Source: Octopus sinensis
Taxonomy: Eukaryota
Direction: 5' to 3'
DNA length: 64,000 nt
Assembly: GCF_006345805.1 (NCBI RefSeq)
Contig: NC_042998.1
Location: 45,942,001-46,006,000, forward strand
Shown: positions 60,551-64,000 of the stretch, piece after piece
Layout of the letters: each line of letters begins with the position of its first letter
Position numbering within the stretch: the stretch's first letter is position 1
Notes under the pieces: model-generated
Seen by the model: the letters and a program-made list of their open reading frames with translations, nothing else
The model's database searches: none
What the model was told of the DNA's origin: nothing
Position numbers and translations under genes: made by a program

Positions 60551-61705
60551 TTTTGTGCCATTTCTTCTTGCTCTCTACATTCTAAGACCAAATCCCACTG
60601 AGGACAACTTTGCCAAAGCTTATGAGGCTTGTTAGCATTTGTAGACAATATGAAGGTGTTAGTTGTATGTTTTTGTTTTTTGTTTTTTTTTGTTCATGAG
60701 GCTAGAAGTTGTAATAATGTAGCCATTCAGACCTGGAGTATGAAATGAAGTGAGTACAATTTATTGTAGACAAATTCACTTTCATCAAAAGAGTTTAATA
60801 AATTATTAATAAAATGTATTTGAGTTTTTCCCCCACAACCACTTCACAACCAGTGTTGATTTGTTTATATCTCAGTAACTAAGCAGTTTGGCAAAAGAAA
60901 CTGATAGAATAAGTAGTAAGCTTAAAAGTAAGTGCTGGGATTCAAGGTATTGCACCCCCTCCTCCCACTTGGTTGTAGTCCAATGACTGAAACAAGCGAA
61001 AGATAAAAAATAGAATGAAACATAAAGAATTTAATTCTAAATCAATCATATATTAAATGGTGGTGATTCAATTCGGCTCAATAAATCAATGAAGCAAAGA
61101 ACCTAAAACTGTACCAATGTTATAATTTAACGTTAATGTTTTACCTTTAAAACATCAGCCACCATCCCCCACCGTCATCTCTACCACAGGAGTAGTCAAA
61201 AATGCTTTGCTGTTTCAAGTATTCCATCATCCTCAAACACAGTAAAGCTTTTGATCATATTTGTTAATCAATAATTACATATCTCTAGAAAAAAAAATGT
61301 CTTTGAACCTCATAAAAGAAAAAAAAAAAAAAGAAAAACTGATCGAATCAATATTAGTTTATTACTGGTATTTATTTTATCAATACCAGGGTGTGATGAA
61401 ATAGATAGTAATTTCACTTAGACATACAGACATTTGTATCTTCTAGCTTTTAATGGATTCATTCATTGGACAGTTGCCATGCTGGAGCACTGCCTTGATG
61501 TATTTAGTTGAACAAATGTTTTTTGAAGTTTGGTACATATTCTATCAGTTTCTTTTGCCAAACTGCTATGTTACAGGGATGTAAATAAACCAACACTGCT
61601 CATCAAGCAGTGGGGAGCAGGTGATAAGCACAAAGACACACACACACACACACACACATTCACACACACATACACATAAGTATACACACACACATTTAAT
61701 ATATA

Positions 61706-61858
61706 TGATGGGCTTCCACACAGATTTTGTCAACCATATTCACTCACAAGGCATTGGTTGGCCTGGTGCTATAGGGGAAGACACTTGCCCAAAGTTCCAC
61801 ACACTGGGACTCGACCCAAAACCATGCAGTTGCAAAACAAGTGTCTTAACCACACAGC
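61706..61858 (-). mobile_element. SINE family 2
   Basis: atgggctt...cactcacaagg...gaagacacttgccca...cttaaccacacagc. Confidence 0.75.
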
Positions 61859-62889
61859 TTTACCTGTACCTATATGTAGCCATGCCTGTCCTCTTGAAAA
61901 AAAAAATTCTCTTTGAACCTTATCAAAAAAATATACTGCACCAGTTCTAGTTGACTACTGATATATATTTTACCGATAATAAAGGAATGACTAAATAAAT
62001 GGCAATTCCACATAGACACAGACTTTTTATGATAGTTTATTTCATTTTTTTCCCTTCTTACTTGGGCTTCCAATGCAAAAATTACTTTTCAGCAAGACTA
62101 GACATATATTTGAATTTATATTCAATTTCCATTTAGAACTGGGTGAGAAGTATATATTTATACTAGAAAATGTAAACACATACAAACATTTGATTTTTGT
62201 TTGTTTTTTTCTTGAAAACAAACATTGAATATAATTTTATCAAACCCATTACCCTATTGCTTATATAAATAGAAATAATGATGACGATGTTTTGATAACG
62301 ATTTTTGCTGATGCATAAATCAATTTAGTAAGAAATTGATGTTTATTTAATTGTATACTATAATGTTATTTAGCTGTACATCAACTCAAAATGAAGAGCT
62401 ACATGATCAAAAAATTGTTACAGCAGTTATCAATCCAACATTTTTTCAAGCATTGTGTAATTCAGACTGCATTATTCAATGTGTCGTATCATTTTTAATG
62501 ATTGAATGTGATTGAGAGAGAGTTGGTCACTATTTCTAGCAGAATGAGTTACCACGTAGAGCAGTCAATTTCTTTATTAACCATGAGGTTGAGAAAAAGA
62601 GGGGACAATACGAGGACAGACAAAACAAACATTGGGGTCAGGGTATCGAATAAGACGAAACGTATGAATAAACAAATGGGCAAACTGTATCATGCAGGAC
62701 TTTCTGAATGGCACACCTAATGAAAAATTACCTTGAATATTTTTTGTAGTGCAGTCTTCCTAATGATAAGCCATGTTTCATGCAACTTGCTTCTCAAAAA
62801 TGGTTGCCTGTGCTTGATGTAGAGGCTCTCGCATTGGCTTATGTATATTTCAAATGACAACTACCCTAGCTGAATCTTGTACATAGTCC

Positions 62890-64000
62890 TACAGACTGCA
62901 ACTCAAAACATACAACCCTAGTTATATCCAACTTTCATTTGACATAGGCAACATTCGTGGAATGTATGAGGGTATCAAGACAGCCATCAGCCCAACTCAG
63001 AGCAAGATAGCTCCACTCAAGTTCAAAACAGGAGAAGTTACCAAGGGCAAAAGAGAGCTGCTGGAAGGATGAGTGGAACATTATTCTGAACTCTACACTA
63101 AGGAAAACAACATTTTGGACAGTGCGCTAGACACCATAGAGTGCCTACCTGTCATGGAGGAGCTGGACACTCTGCCAACTGATGAAGAACTGAACAAAGC
63201 TTGCCCACTGGAAAAGCACCGGGTTTGGATGGCATTCCACCAGAGATCATCAGGTGTACCTGAAGAGTTCTATTTAGCCACTTGCTGTGGCTACTGTGTC
63301 AGTGTTGGGAGAAGGGATCGGTGCTGCAAGACATAAGAAACTGCAATGTTGTCACCCTATATAAGAACAAAGGGGATAAAAGCAAATGCAATAACTGCTG
63401 AGGCATCTCGCTGTTAAGCATCATTGGGAAGGTCTTTGCCCACGTGGCCCTAAACAGGCCACAGAAAATCACTGAGAGGGAATACTCTGAATCTCAGTTT
63501 GATTTCACATCAAAACGCTCCACCATCGACATGATCTTCTCTCTCTGACAGCTACAGAAGTAGTGAGATCAAAAGCAACCACCCTTTATCACTTTCATCG
63601 ATCTCACAAAGGCTTTTGGCCTAGTTAGTAGAGATGGGCTGTTCAAAATCCTTGCTGAGATTGGCTGTCCTCCAAGACTTTTCAGGATTGTCCAATCATT
63701 TCACATGGACATGAAAGGCCTTGTTCAATTTGATGGCTCTTTTTTGGAGGCATTCAATGTATGTAGCAGCATGAAGTAGGGCTGTGTGCTTGCCCCCATC
63801 CTGTTTGGCGCCTTCTTTTCAGTCATGCTGAAACATGCATTTGGGACATCAATTGATAGTGTTTACCTCCACACCAGATCAAGTGGCAAACTATTTAGTC
63901 TGTCAAGGCTGAAAGCAAAGTTCAGGGTGTGCCAGGTACTTGTCAGAGAAATGTTTGCAGATGATGCAGCACTGACAGTGCACTCTGAAGAGCAAATGCA
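62890..64000 (+). mobile_element. Decayed RTE (BovB-like) LINE ORF2 fragment, runs off the window end
   Basis: GNIRGMYEGIK, EHYSELY, GKAPGLDGIPPE, VTLYKNKGD..CNN..GISLLSIIGKVFA, RSTIDMIFSL, FIDLTKAF, GCVLAPILF, FADDAAL; several stops and frameshifts. Confidence 0.93.

Overview
AT-rich, microsatellite- and SINE-dense animal genomic DNA. The repeat families look like those of Octopus/cephalopods (my recognition, not a database result). About 42 kb is occupied by one minus-strand, multi-exon gene. It has a CpG-rich promoter and candidate non-coding first exons at about 41.1-41.6 kb, then 10 coding exons (31912 down to 1916). All 10 have GT-AG boundaries and consistent phases and splice to 531 aa: an Arg/Ser-rich start, a long Gly/Met/Asn low-complexity region, basic and acidic linkers, and three matrin/U1-type C2H2 zinc fingers. 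This is a Pep (protein on ecdysone puffs)/CIZ1/Matrin-3-family nuclear RNA-binding protein; its last exon could not be placed and probably lies left of the window. The rest is transposon debris: CR1- and RTE-type LINE fragments, several SINE families, an internally deleted Tc1, mariner remnants, two piggyBac-type MITE families, nested hAT elements and foldback elements. I found no convincing wholly new biological system. The best leads are candidate unproductive or dual-frame splicing of the zinc-finger gene, a variant hammerhead-ribozyme-like fold, and long hairpins that could be ADAR substrates.
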